Of a stretch of 64,000 nt of DNA, positions 43,738 to 55,725 are shown piece by piece (positions within the stretch are counted from its first letter, which is position 1; each line of letters opens with the position of its first letter). The notes under the pieces were generated by a model. The model searched no databases, had not been told where the DNA came from, and saw nothing but the letters and a program-made list of their open reading frames with translations. The position numbers and the translations under genes were made by a program. The stretch lies in the NCBI RefSeq assembly GCF_009914755.1, contig NC_060937.1; one strand, given 5' to 3'. Source of the stretch: the human T2T-CHM13v2.0 reference genome, Homo sapiens.

Positions 43738-44137
43738 TGTGTCAGTCAGCGTTCTCCAGAGAAACAGACCAATAGAATCTCTTTCCATTGACCAACTGAT
43801 CAATTGGGAGAAAGGGAGACAGAGGGAGGGGAGAGAGACTTATTACAGGGAAGCAGCTCATGTGACTATGGAGGTGGGCACATCTGCTCTGCAGGGGGCC
43901 CACAGGCTGAAGAACCAGAGAAAATCCTCCCTTACTTGGGGAAGGTCAGTCTTTTTTTCTATTCAGGTCTTCAACTGATTAGATAAAGCTCACCACATTG
44001 GGGAGGGCCATCTACTTTACTCAAATGTTCATTACATCCCAAAACCCCCTTTCGCAGACACACCCAGAATAATATTTAACCAAATGTCTGGGCACCCTGT
44101 AGCCTCGTCAAGTTGACACATAAAACTCACTGTCACA
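43738..44137 (-). mobile_element. MLT2 (ERVL) LTR, flanked by LTR16/ERVL-like pieces (about 43450-43640 and 44140-44590)
   Basis: gtcagcgttctccagagaaacagaccaatag ... gtcaagttgacacataaaactcactgtcaca. Confidence 0.82.
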
Positions 44138-47100
44138 GATGCCATTGTTGATGCGCCATGAGTGGCAATCTCCCACGCCCATTCTGCACCATCACAGTGA
44201 CTGTGCCGCTCACCTGTGCGGAACTGGCATGTGGAGCAGGTGCGGTGGAAGCGCTGGCTTATGAAATAACGCTAATGCCTGCAGTTGAATTGTCCCCCAA
44301 AAGATACGTTGGGCTCTGCTGAATCAGAGGTCACTGGTGGGGGAGCCCTCAATCCAGAGTCCATGGGTAAAGTCAGCCTTCCTGCCCTCTGGCCAGAAGG
44401 TGCTGAGACCTGTTCCACTTGTTTCTCAAGGGCCCCCCAGGGGAACAGAGCCCTAGTGCTCATTTTCACCCCTTGACTCCCTTACCTGCTTCACTCCCCT
44501 TCCTCACTGTCCTTCCTGGGGTCACTCCCTAGCAAGCCACTTGCACCCAATTTGTGGGCTCAGGGTCTGCTTCTGGGGGAAACCCAACCAGGAGAAGCGT
44601 CTTGTTGGCATCATGTTTCATAATATACTATACTGGTCAAATGCTTTCTGATCCTGCATACTCCTCCAGCCATATGTGTTGATAAATTAATGTTTCCTGC
44701 CTTGCATCTTTTAATTTTAGCATTTGATCATATTTATCCCAAATGAACAGGACCTTGTTTCATACAATAACACACAGCAGATACAATGAGCTGCATAGAG
44801 CCACTTCGTAGTGCATTCTCCAATCTAGACAGGGTCCAGTTGGATAAGGGTAGTTCTACAGGGAGTGATTACTACCCACTCTAGGTAAATGGTCATCTGA
44901 TTGTCCAGCTTAAGTTTGGAGTGAATTTTGCCTTATTTTTTAGATTTTGGCATTTTTATAGTGACCCCACACACGCTGAGTTGGCAGGGTTCAGCTGAGC
45001 TTTGGGTGGTAACTGGTTTGCAGTAGGGTTTGTGCGTGAACTCCTAACAGTGATGTGGAAGGTGCCTACCAGGCACTAGCAAGCAGCCAAGCTGGGTGTG
45101 AGGCTGACATTCTCTCATTAGAAACGAAGGAAGCGAAGCCACAGGCTTGCGTGGAAAGCCATTCTCCACCTCTTGAGGCAAGTCCAGAGGAGAGCCACAG
45201 AAAGGGCTAAACTTCCCCTTAGACAATAGTCTTAACTCGAGCTAACCCAATAGCCCAAAAGTGATGGGCACCAGATTGCACTCCGCGTGGCCTCTGTAAT
45301 AGGAACCTGGAAAAGTGCTAAGGAAAGTTTAACCAAAATGCCCACTTTGGATACTAAAACAACTCAATTAAGCACCTAAAAATATCTAGCTTTGAGCAAT
45401 GTTACTTTCTAAAATCCCTTCCAAGTAAACTCTTTTTCTGAAATTAATAAATACCCAACATAAAAGAACGCAACTAGTAACCATAAAGTGTTTAAAAGTC
45501 TGGGCTTCTCCCCACCAAGAAAAGACGAGTTGTAATACCTGGACTGTGGGTCTCCAGTCCGACAAGAATTGGCTCTCTGCTTCACTGGTCTCGTAAGGTC
45601 ACTCCCTAGAATTGGCTTTCTATAGGACCATTTAATTGAGTCTATTTGAATCTTACTCAAGTCTACCACCTTATAAGTATCAAACCGAATTTAGTAGGAT
45701 TCGAAATGGTAAGGACTGCATTAAATTATTTCTCTAATTCAGCAGTAAGGAAAGTGAACAGAAGTCTCGGTGTACAACCACGCCCCGGGTTGACATCTTT
45801 CCTTCCACGAAGACACTGGGTACAAGCCTTGATGTAGCTGTTAATTGCCCTCCTGTTTCCTAGAAAGCTTATAGGGCAGCAGTAGGAAACGGGTTAGGTA
45901 TGCCTTTCCTGGTAGGAGCCGAGCTTTGGGTCTTATCTCTGCCACTTGTTCGGCATCTGATCAGTAAAAGGGGACCATGATGGGAGGCGAGGCAGTAGAC
46001 AGCACTTTGTGACGGTTCCTAACCAGTCGCTGTTATCACTGAGCACATTGTCCTCGTAATCCAGAATTCATACTGCCATTTGAATATTTTTTGTATTTGC
46101 AAATAAAATTTTAACCACTTAACTCAAGGCTAGAAATAAAAGCAATTAGTGATTGCAAGAGAAATCCACCGGCAGAAGGCAGGGGGAGACGACTTAAGCC
46201 TCTGATTATTTTTGGAAGCTTTATATGCTTTCTAGCCTTTGTCATTGAATGGATTAATGTATGTGCCTGGCATAGACTAAGTGCTTTGCTTGTTAAACTG
46301 CCCGCGGGTCATAGCGAGCAAACTGGGGGAGCGCCCAGGGACAGTGGATGGAGTGAGTGGAGACTCGTGTCCTTTTAAGAAGAGGCTCCATTTCTTCCTC
46401 GCATGTCAATGTGTGCGTGTCATCAGTTGTTCGAGGAAGCTCGCGCATGACGCGACACTTGCCGTCTGGGCTCTCCAGGTTCGGCCTGCTGCTTTCACAG
46501 CCCAGATCTTCGGCGTCCCCGAGACGCAGCCAGGCGCCCGGCCCGGCCCGGCCCGGCCCTCTGCACAGCCCCACTTCAGGCCACGCCGTTTCCTTGACCT
46601 TCCCCCGGCAGGGTCTGAAGCGTCACCGTCCGTCTAGAGCAGAGTCGCGCAGGCCCCTGCCCTGCCGGTGAGGTCGGCGCCGCGCTCCGGAGAGTCGGTT
46701 CCTCCCGATTCAGACCCATATGGCTTCAGATGGAACCATCATTTCTGTTCCGTCATGACCGGCTTGCAAGGTAGCAAAGCGAAACAAACGTCTCGTTTTC
46801 AGCCTGTCCCCGCCACCTTGAAATAAAACCGGCAAAAATAAAAAGAGCATTCTGGGAAGTACTTCATCATTTCAACGCTCACGAATTCAAAACATAAACA
46901 AAGGCTTCCGAGTGCCCCGGCCAGGGGCGCGGGGCGCACGGCGGGCCCGGGGCAGGTAAGCGCAGGTGCGCGCCCGCCCCCACCCCCGGCTCCCTCCCCA
47001 TCCGCTCCCCGCTCCCCTTCCCCTTTCCCTTCCCCGCCCGCTCCCAGCCGCCGCCGCCGCCCCGCGCACGGCCTGGAGCGGAGGCTGCGCAGGGCGCGGG

Positions 47101-47324
47101 GCGGCGCGGGCCGGGCGCGGGCCGGGCGGACGGCCGCGTCTTTCTTCTCCTGGCGGTGATGTCATTGGGCGACGGCGGCCGAGGCCGGGGGGCGGCGGCG
47201 GGCGCCCGCAGGTTCCCGAGCCGCTCCTGAGAAGGCGCCTGACAGCGGGCCGGGGCGCACGGAGAAGCGGGCCGGGCCGGACCTGCTGGGCCGCGCCGAG
47301 CCAATCGCCGGCGCCGGCCGCTCG

Positions 47325-47384
47325 ATGGGCGAGGCGGCGGCGGCGGCGGCGGGGGCCGCGGGCCGGGCCGCCGCTCCGAGGTGA
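47325..47384 (+). other. upstream ORF (19 aa, [19 protein letters not shown]) in the presumptive ARHGEF7 5'UTR
   Basis: ATG at 47325 (CTCGATGG) and TGA at 47382-47384, ending 40 nt before the main ATG. Spans (GGC)6 at 47333-47350. Translation is not shown. Confidence 0.55.
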
Positions 47385-47424
47385 AGGCGCGCGCCCCTCC
47401 CCGCCTGCCTCCCGGGCCGCAGCG

Positions 47425-47589
47425 ATGAATTCCGCCGAGCAAACCGTTACGTGGCTCATCACTCTGGGGGTGCTGGAGTCGCCCAAAAAAACCATCTCGG
47501 ACCCGGAGGGCTTTCTGCAGGCGTCGCTGAAGGATGGGGTGGTCCTCTGCAGGCTGCTGGAGCGCCTGCTCCCCGGGACCATCGAGAAA
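47425..47589 (+). CDS. ARHGEF7: ARHGEF7 (beta-PIX/COOL-1) first coding exon, 55 codons, N-terminal part of the calponin-homology domain
   Basis: Translates to [55 protein letters not shown], the N-terminus of CH-containing beta-PIX. ATG in GCGATGA context. Ends at consensus donor AAA|GTAAGT (GT at 47590-47591), phase 0. Lies inside a CpG island. Confidence 0.97.
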
Positions 47590-49557
47590 GTAAGTCCCGG
47601 CCCGCGCCCCCGCCCGCGCCCCCCGGTCCGGCCCGCTGCGGCCCGGGATGCGCGCGGAGCACCTGAGGCCGGCCGCGCTCGGGAAACCCGTGCGCCCTCC
47701 TTTGTGCGCGGAGCGGCGGCGCGGCCGGCGCCAGGACCGTGGCGGGAGCTCGGGGGGCGCCATTGTGTGCGGGGCAGGGGGAGGGGGCCGGGGAGGGGGG
47801 TCGGGGGGAGGGGCGGCGCGGGCGGCGGGGGTCCCCGGGAAGGAGAGTGCACCGCAGCGAGGAGACGGGGCTTCTGCGCCGCCCGAACGCTAAGTTGCCC
47901 CTCCGCGTGGGGGGCCGGCCCCGCTCCCTGGCAGCAGCCGCATCGGAAACCGCGTTCTGACGCGGTGCGGCTCACTCCGCTGGCTTTGTGTGGACAGTTC
48001 TTGCCGGTGGCGTTGCGTGAGTTTCGCCTCCCAGGTTAATTGACCGGTTGCTCTGTATTTTTAAAGAGGCACGCATCTGTAGCTGAGGGCTGCGCTGTGA
48101 AATGATCTACTACTTTCCCCTCGAGAAAATTCCCCACCTATCCGAGCCGAGAGGACGGCAGACACAGGGTCTAAGTCCTGGCACTCTTCAAGGCTTGTTA
48201 AAATTCTAGATTTCGTTCTCAGGTCCCTCCCTCGTTCTGAACAGAACCTTTAGTCCTGCAGGCACTGCTTCTCCCTTCCGGCTGGTGGTTCCCAGGCTGG
48301 AGCGTGTGAACCCTGACCCGAATCTCTGGAAGTGATTAAAGTTTGTTTTCATCGCCCACAAGCCGGCCAGCAGGGCCGAGGAGGCAGGAGAGCTTCTAAA
48401 AACGATGTCTCCCTGTAGCTCAAAATACTAAAATCTTATTCCCAGGGTGTTTCTTCGGGGGGTGGGGTGGGGGTGGGGGTGGCCAATATATAGCGTTAAG
48501 ATCAACAGTTATTTAAAAGGTGTTAAATATAGAAATTGAAGTGTACCATAATTAGGAAGAAGGATTTCAGTTTTTAAGTGGGGTGTATTGGCCCCCATAC
48601 AGGATGACAACAACTTGTAAATAAAATGCCACGTAAGTGACTTGAAAAAGTAAAATGTTTAATTTTTTTCATTCACATGTACATATTCTCTTGCTACATT
48701 TTAAATGAGGTCAGAAAACATTTTATTTAATATGAATTTGGCTTGCATTCCACTTTTAGCTATTTTTCTTACTTGGAACATCTTTATGAAAACAGAATCT
48801 GCATATTAGAGTGAATGGCTGCCTGCCTGTCCATGAAATAAAAATGTTCCTTAAAAATGAACCTGATGTCACAGTGAAATTATGATTTAAGACAGGAGGA
48901 CTGAGGAGCAGGAGCTGACTTTCAAGGCATTCAAAATACTTTGCTGTTTGGATACTGGTACCTCTGGTAATGAAAGACAGATGTTGAAAAGTGTTGAAAT
49001 GCATGCAAAGTTCACCAAAATAGGCTTAAATAAAATTCTGTTCCATCCCTAAGAGCAAAGCTTTAAGAAGTGTCATATGCTGTATTGATAAAAACATGTC
49101 GCCATCAAAGAATATGTTGTTTGGCATATTAACTGTATTAATATTGATTGGCCGACTTCAATAATCATTTTCTTTTAAATTATAGAAAGATTTTCCTAGA
49201 AAACCGTAGCGTTCATTTCATCTCTAAAACAACAAAGAGAAGAACGAATAAAATGTTGAGCTTGCAGAAGCCAAGTTGAAACAACTCAACATATTCTAAA
49301 ACTACAGTCATCTGGAAATTTCTTAGGTCAGAGCTGTTTTTGATTCCCCCTGAGCTCCAGTTGGTTTGTGTTAAACTGACTCTGTCACAATGAAAGTTTA
49401 ATGTGAAGGCAGCGTATTGTAGACACAGTTACTGGTTCTCTGGAGTTCAAAGGTAGGTTTTTGGAGTAAAATATTAGCCGTTTTCTGCCTCTGAGATCCC
49501 TGTGTTTCAGAAGTTTTGTGAGCTTTTTCCATTTGCTAGGCAGAGTTATCTGGGTTT

Positions 49558-49759
49558 CTTTCTTTCTTTTCTTTTTCTCTTTCTTTCTTTCTCTCTCTCT
49601 CTCTGTCTCTCTCTCTCTTTCTTTCTCCTTCCTTCCTTCCTTCGAGATGGGTTCTTGCTATGTTGGCCAGGCTGGTCTTGAACTCCGGGCCTCAAGGGAT
49701 TGTCCCATCTAGGCCTCCCAAAGTGCTGGGATTACAGGCGTGAGCCACCACGCCCAGCC
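49558..49759 (-). mobile_element. FLAM_C-like Alu monomer whose tail has become a CT-rich simple repeat
   Basis: TSD agttatctgggttt at 49544-49557 and 49760-49773. Confidence 0.9.
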
Positions 49760-50864
49760 AGTTATCTGGGTTTTTGGTGTTTTCATGCTTACCAGATAAT
49801 CTATGCCACAAAGCACACATGCTGAATAACTTTTACTTAAATGTGGGAATGTGAGTCTGAGGATGTTTTTTCCTTAAAAAGAAGCATTTGGAAACTTAAC
49901 TGAATGTTCATGTGGACATGACAGGGGCTTCGCTTGACCTCTGCTGCAGGAGTGCCCTGACAGCCAGTGAGCGGAGGGCAAGTGGCCTGCAGCCTTCGCC
50001 TCTGCAGGCTCACAACCTGGCATGGGCCATGAGGCTGGGGATGAGGGCAGAACTAAAACGTGGCTGGGTGCCTCGGGCTTCCCATATGTCTTTTATTAAG
50101 AAACCATGCCCTAATGTGTTTCTTCCATTACGCTCATTTGTTCTGTTTCAGAGTTAGGAAGAGGGTGGAGGGAGCAGAGAGGACGTTCACGGCGTGTCAG
50201 ATTCTTCTGCTCATTTAAAGGAAACTTTCCACCCAGGTTCCCGCTTTGCTTTTAAGGTGGAAGGTTAGACAGTGAGAAGATGGAATTATAAACTTTACAT
50301 GAACAGTTCAGAAAAGAGACACTTTTCATTATACTGGACAGATGTTTTCTGCTGTAGGGGAGAGGAAAATGGGATTAAAAAGTTTTCGCCTTCTCTGTAT
50401 CTGGAGATCCTGCACTTTGGTTTTCTCCAGGAGGGGTCAGGATGTTTGGCTGGGCTGCCCATGTCTTCGGCTTCCCACACTCCTCCCGTGAGCAGAGGTC
50501 ATGACGTCTAGGGAGCCCTGGAAGCCCTTTTCTCACAAATTCACTTTAAACGTCCCTAGGGTATTTAGTCAAAGGAGGTGAAATCAAGATACATGAATTG
50601 TAGAGGATGGAAAATTTCTATAAGACTAATACAACACATTAAAATCATGGAAATCATGAAATGCTCTTTTAATTTCACTTGTGAATGCAACAAATGAAGT
50701 CTCTTAACTCACTATAAAAAACTCAAGGAACTTGTTTCTTTCTCTGTGTGTCCCAGGAGAACAGAACACAGAGAACCTTCCTGTGTAATCCATGTGATGT
50801 GCTCCCGAGAACCCTGGCTAGGTGTTTGTGGAATGTAATTGAAAATCAGACGCTGCCTCGGGTC

Positions 50865-51255
50865 TTAGTGCTGGATGTGGAGGCATTTGTCTCTCAGCTC
50901 TGGAGGCCCAAAGTCTGGGATCAAGGTACCTGCAGGGCCTCGTGCCCTCAGAAGGCTCCAAGGAGGGGTCTGTCCCAGGCCACTCTCAGGCTTCTGGTAG
51001 TTCCTGGCTTGTGGCAACACAAGTCCAATCTTCACATGATGTCCGTGCTGTGGTTTCTTCTCTGTGTCCAAATTCCTCCTTTTTAGCAGGACATCAGTGG
51101 AATTGCATTAGGGGCACCCTACCCCAGTATGGCCTCATCTTAACCGATTACATCTGCATTGACTTCATTTCTGAATAAGGCCCCATCCTGAGATACTGGG
51201 GGTTAGGACTTCAAAATACGAATGCTGGAGGAGCACAGTTCAGCTCATGACAGGT
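50865..51255 (-). mobile_element. MLT1-type MaLR LTR
   Basis: tctctcagctctggaggcccaaagtc ... tctgaataaggccccatcctgagatactgggggttaggacttcaa. Confidence 0.8.
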
Positions 51256-52227
51256 TGTTTCTACATTTGAACCAGATCAGTTTATTAGCTATTGATCTGA
51301 TTGCACAATGCCAGGTGCTAGGGGAGATTGCAAAACCTAAATAATAGAGTCTTGGGGGTTCCAGTACAGAAAATGTAACTCGAAAGACAAGAACAGCATG
51401 AGGCAGAAGGAAGTCAAGAGTCGTAATGTCAGATATGGATGAGAAGGAGCAAAAGAATCAAGGAGCTAAAAAGACCAGCATTTGAGCAGGTCAGACCCAA
51501 GACTTTGCTGACGTGTGGGTAAGAATATGGTTTGCATTTCCCAAACTGTAACCTGGCAGCCCTAGGTGATTTTCCACAGGCTTGCAGAAAATCAGCAAAT
51601 CTGATGTTGCATAGGAAAAAAGGAAATACTTTTTTCTAGGTAAACTGGAGACTCACTTTCTGCTCAGTGTCAGGATTCTGGGGTTGGTTAGGGGCTGGGG
51701 TGAGGAGAAGCAGAAGTGCTCACCTGCTAGAAATGTGCCTTTTCTTAGGTCCTTTGGCCCTAAAAAGAACGTGATGAGTGATCACATGTGGTGGTAGGGT
51801 AAGGTTCTCACTCAGGCCCGTGACCTGTAGCCGTCATAAAGACTTGTTGATTGGCTAAGTCACTTATAGAGAAGTTATAATATGGTATCTCCAGACTGTG
51901 TTTTTAAGGAGACTTCTTTAAACCCTGCAAACTGAATAACTGGTTATATCAAGTTGCTTCTAACCAAACTACCCTGAATATGGTTCCAGAATAGTGAATT
52001 TTGCAATAATAAACATTTCCTTTTGAAGCATGTGACTTTATAGTCCTGTCTCAACCCTGAACCAGTGTGATTCTTGTTTGGGTTTCAGGCCTAGGGAAGA
52101 AGGTAGCTGGAACTGCATTTGCTGGCTCACTAAAAAGAAAGCAAACAAACTGAAATTCAATTTAAATCAGGAGTGCCTGAAGAGATTTCCTGAGAACCAG
52201 ACTAGAAACTAGTGTTTATGTTGGCAT

Positions 52228-52430
52228 CACACAGACACAGGAGAGCACACACACAAGCATACACACACGCATACATGCACACTTGCACATGCATGTGCAC
52301 ACACGAACTTATGCACACACGCATGCATGCCTGCACAAACATGCACATACGTAAACACATGCATGTAAATACACACACACACAGACACATGCGTGTACAT
52401 AGACACGCACACACGCACACACAGACACGT
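52228..52430. repeat. degenerate (CA/TG/CG) alternating purine-pyrimidine simple repeat
   Basis: acacacacgcatacatgcacacttgcacatgcatgtgcacacacg... over about 200 bp. Confidence 0.9.
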
Positions 52431-53689
52431 CTGACGGGGGTTGAGGGAGTGGGGGAAGGAGTGCTGGCACATGTGGCATTCCATTTTCTCAGGGGCAGCT
52501 GCTCTGTGAACTCTCCAAGCCCAGTCCAAAGGATGCCATCTCAGGACCCGGCCCTCATTCTATTAATAGAAGTCACTCCAGAATCTGCCTGCTCGCCTCC
52601 TTTCTTTAGGCACTGCCTGCCTTTCTATACATCTTAAAAGAGAATAAGATGTCTGCCCAGCATGGCAGGCAGCATGCTCCTCTCGTTTGCAGGCGCTGTC
52701 CCTCGCAATACCCATACTGCAGATGAGGACCCTGAGGTCTGGCAGTTAGCTTTGCCCCAGGTCATCTGGCTGCACTCGGAGGCGGAAGATTCCAGCTCAA
52801 GACTGTGAGCTTTCTCATGGAAAACAAGACTGATTCTGCCACCTATACTGAACTTAGGGGAAGATTGGCAACCACTGCCTTCAGAAATTTACAAACCAGA
52901 TCAGGAAAGGAGACGGAGGCAGCAGTGTAACTGAGCACCCAGGGGGGACAAAAGTGAGGACTGGAGGGGGTGGCTCAGGTCACCGGCCACAGGGGCAGAG
53001 TGGGAGCCCTCAGGAGTGCCTGGAGCCACTGCAGGTGTCTCACTTCTCGGGACATCTGGAAGCAGCTCTGCCCTTCAGTAGACAGACCCCAAAGGCACCC
53101 AGGGTAGGGCCCCTTGCCCTGGGGGAACCTGCAGAAGCTCCTGCAGAAGTCTGTGTCTGGGCCTTTCTCCCCGGCCGCAGAACGTGTGTTCCGTGTTCCT
53201 GTACCATCCAATAACTCACTGTAGTTCCTGGGCTTCCCTACTCTGTAGGGCTTACCAGATTTCCACTTAGTCCAAGATTTCAAACTGTGTGCATCTACAC
53301 CACACACACTTTTAAAATTCAAGTACTATGTACACACGAACATCTCTCTCCCTTTAGAGGCCACTGATCACTCTAAAATGTAAAGAGTGGAGGCGATGGG
53401 GGCTGTGAGGTGAGTGGGGGCAGAGCCGTTTGTTCTTGTGTAGGGTGGATTTTAGCCGTTTGGATTGGAGTCTTGTGTAGGCTTGACGCCCACGCGTCTC
53501 TCACTGCACGAGGGAGGTGGCAGAGGCACATCATCCCTTTGGGCACGCAACTCTACCACGTGCATCGCTGGGAGATGGGAGGACTGGCATCCCCCGAACC
53601 CACGGGTCCCTGCCTGGAGACACTGGGAGACCCGGTCCTCTGCGTGCTTCAGAGTCAGGCACACCTGGCTTTGTTCCCGCAGCCATTTG

Positions 53690-53845
53690 CTCTGTGACTT
53701 CCGGCACCTGTCTAACCTCTCGGAGTCCTAGTTTCTTCCTCCTAAAAATGAGATGAATGATATCCACTGGTGGGGGCAGTGAGGTCATTACCAGGGTAAA
53801 TGAGTAGATGTGCTGGGCACAAAGTCATTCCTCAGTACGCAGTAG
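53690..53845 (+). mobile_element. MIR fragment
   Basis: ctgtgacttccggcacctgtctaacctctcggagtcctagtttcttcctcctaaaaatgagatg matches the MIR core. Confidence 0.7.
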
Positions 53846-54934
53846 TTACTGTTTTGTTGATTGACACTGAAAACCTTCCCCATCGTGTCCAGAAGACTGT
53901 AAGCCAAGATTTGAACCTCAGAGCCATCCAAATCCAGGAACACGGGTTAATTCTCACAACAGGGCAGACTCTTGCAACTTTCGGGGGCTGGCAGCCTCTG
54001 CATCCCACTCTGGACAGACCACCATTGTCTGGGTTGGTGGGCCTGCTGAACGTGGCTTCCAGGGCCCTCTGGTCAGCGCCAGATCTGGGCGCAGCTGCTG
54101 AGTGCACACAGCTGCTGGTTGGGGAGCGGGAGGGCTGAGCGGGTGGACTCAGGTTTCGCTTATATAAAGTTTCATGCATCAGCAGGGCCGGGAGTCAGAG
54201 ATGGGAAGTGAGGGCCAGCCTGCCCCACCTGGTGTCTGCAGAGAGAGGGCTTTGGGGCCGCCCCGGTCCGACTGCTTCCCGGGTACAGCTTCTGACTTCT
54301 CCCTCCTTTATCAGTTCTGTCAAGTTAGGGTAGGAGAATTAATCTCTTGATGTTTTTATATTTCTAACTTTAGCTTTGAATTTTTAAGGTTTGATGCACC
54401 AGGCTGGCAGTTCTCAACTCTGTTTTTGCAGGATGGTGTCATGTCTGCTGGGGTCTCAAGGCGAGGCGGTGAGGGGAACTGAAATGGAATGTGTGCACAG
54501 TGTATTTCAAACACATGTATGTGAATTCATTTAATCATCCCTTTTACCAGGTTCCTATTGTGTGCGTGCTAGTGACCCAATCACACGCATGGAAGCGCAC
54601 GCATGGATGCCAGCCATACCACCTCTTCAGGCAGGTCAGAAGAGAAATGCTAGGATCTTGGGTATAAAGTATTTGTGAGTTCTCAGGATGAAGGAATGTA
54701 GAGTCATCCAGCCCAGACGCCTCCTTTTGCAGATGGCTTCACTGAGGGCACCTGCATGTGGTTGTGTAAGCTGTGTACTGCCCGGTCTTGGGAGAACCGT
54801 TCACACTGTAGTCTAAGCAAATGGCTCCAAGGCCTGTGCTGGGAGGCGGCCCTGGGATACTGTGTATAGAGGTCAGCCTCCCAGGACACAAAGCAGAGTG
54901 GAGAAGGGTTGGGGTAGACGATAGAAGTGGCCCC

Positions 54935-55380
54935 AATTCTCCAACCCTCCCATGCCCCTGGCAAAGTGACCTTGTAGCGCCTCCATCAAGAGGTAGGAGT
55001 CTGCTTCCTCACTTCTTGAATCTGAGCTGTGACTTGTTTTGGCCAATGGACTGTGGCAGAAGTGGCCAGTGTTAGTTCCTAGCCCAGGCCTTGGAAAGGC
55101 TTGCACTTTTCTGCACTCTCTCAGGCCCTGTGTCTACCTCCGAGGAGACCCCAGGGCTTGGGTGCTGGTGGGGTGTGATCACATGGAGGAGAACTCAGTT
55201 GTCCCTGCTAGGCCATCCTGGACCTATCCACAGCCAGCCAACCTCAAACATTGAAGAGAGCCCAGCCAGGGTCAGCAAGCTGCCTGCCCTGCCCAGAGCA
55301 GGCACAGCTGCACCAGCAGGCCCGGACCAGGCTGACTCAAGCCAGCCACTGAGGTTTACCATGGCCATAGATAACAAATC
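54935..55380 (+). mobile_element. MLT1F/G/H-like MaLR LTR
   Basis: ctccatcaagaggtaggagtctgcttcctcacttcttgaatctgagctgtgacttgttttggccaatgga. Confidence 0.7.
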
Positions 55381-55579
55381 ACACACACACACACACATGC
55401 CCGTGCCATTCTTAACTAGGGGACATGCCGATATATGTAAATACAGTCCATCCCAATCACAAGAGTGCTTGTACCTTTGTTTAAAATACCCTCTATATCC
55501 TTTATTTCCTTGATAATTTCCTCTCTAGTATTTTCTCTATTCTCATTTTTTAGAAATCTTATTAAGACTAATCAGAGAT

Positions 55580-55725
55580 AATATCTATTGAGTGCATACT
55601 GTATGCCAGGCACTGTTCTAAGGACTTTGCCCATAATAATGGATTTAACCCTCCTCACCACCCTATAAGGGAGGTGGTGACAGGATCGCCCCCATTTTCA
55701 GATTAGGAAACGGAGCTCCAGAGCG
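55580..55725 (-). mobile_element. MIR fragment
   Basis: tattgagtgcatactgtatgccaggcactgttctaag...cccattttcagattaggaaacggagctccagag. Confidence 0.75.

Larger units (their letters stand above)
46290..48160. promoter_or_regulatory. ARHGEF7: CpG island / ARHGEF7 promoter
   Basis: Very high GC and CpG density against CpG-poor flanks. Many GC boxes, ATTGG at 47164-47168, GAGCCAATCG (CCAAT at 47301-47305), TGATGTCA at 47157-47164, no TATA box. Confidence 0.93.

Noticed and set aside
46879-48039. Long ORFs of 294, 362 and 357 aa over the promoter
   Set aside because: Low-complexity Gly/Ala/Arg/Pro products expected in a CpG island. Only 47425-47589 matches a known protein, and it ends at a splice donor. 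A near-cognate N-terminal extension cannot be excluded but has no support here.
52202-52637. His/Thr- and Cys/Val-rich ORFs
   Set aside because: Translations of the CA/TG simple repeat.
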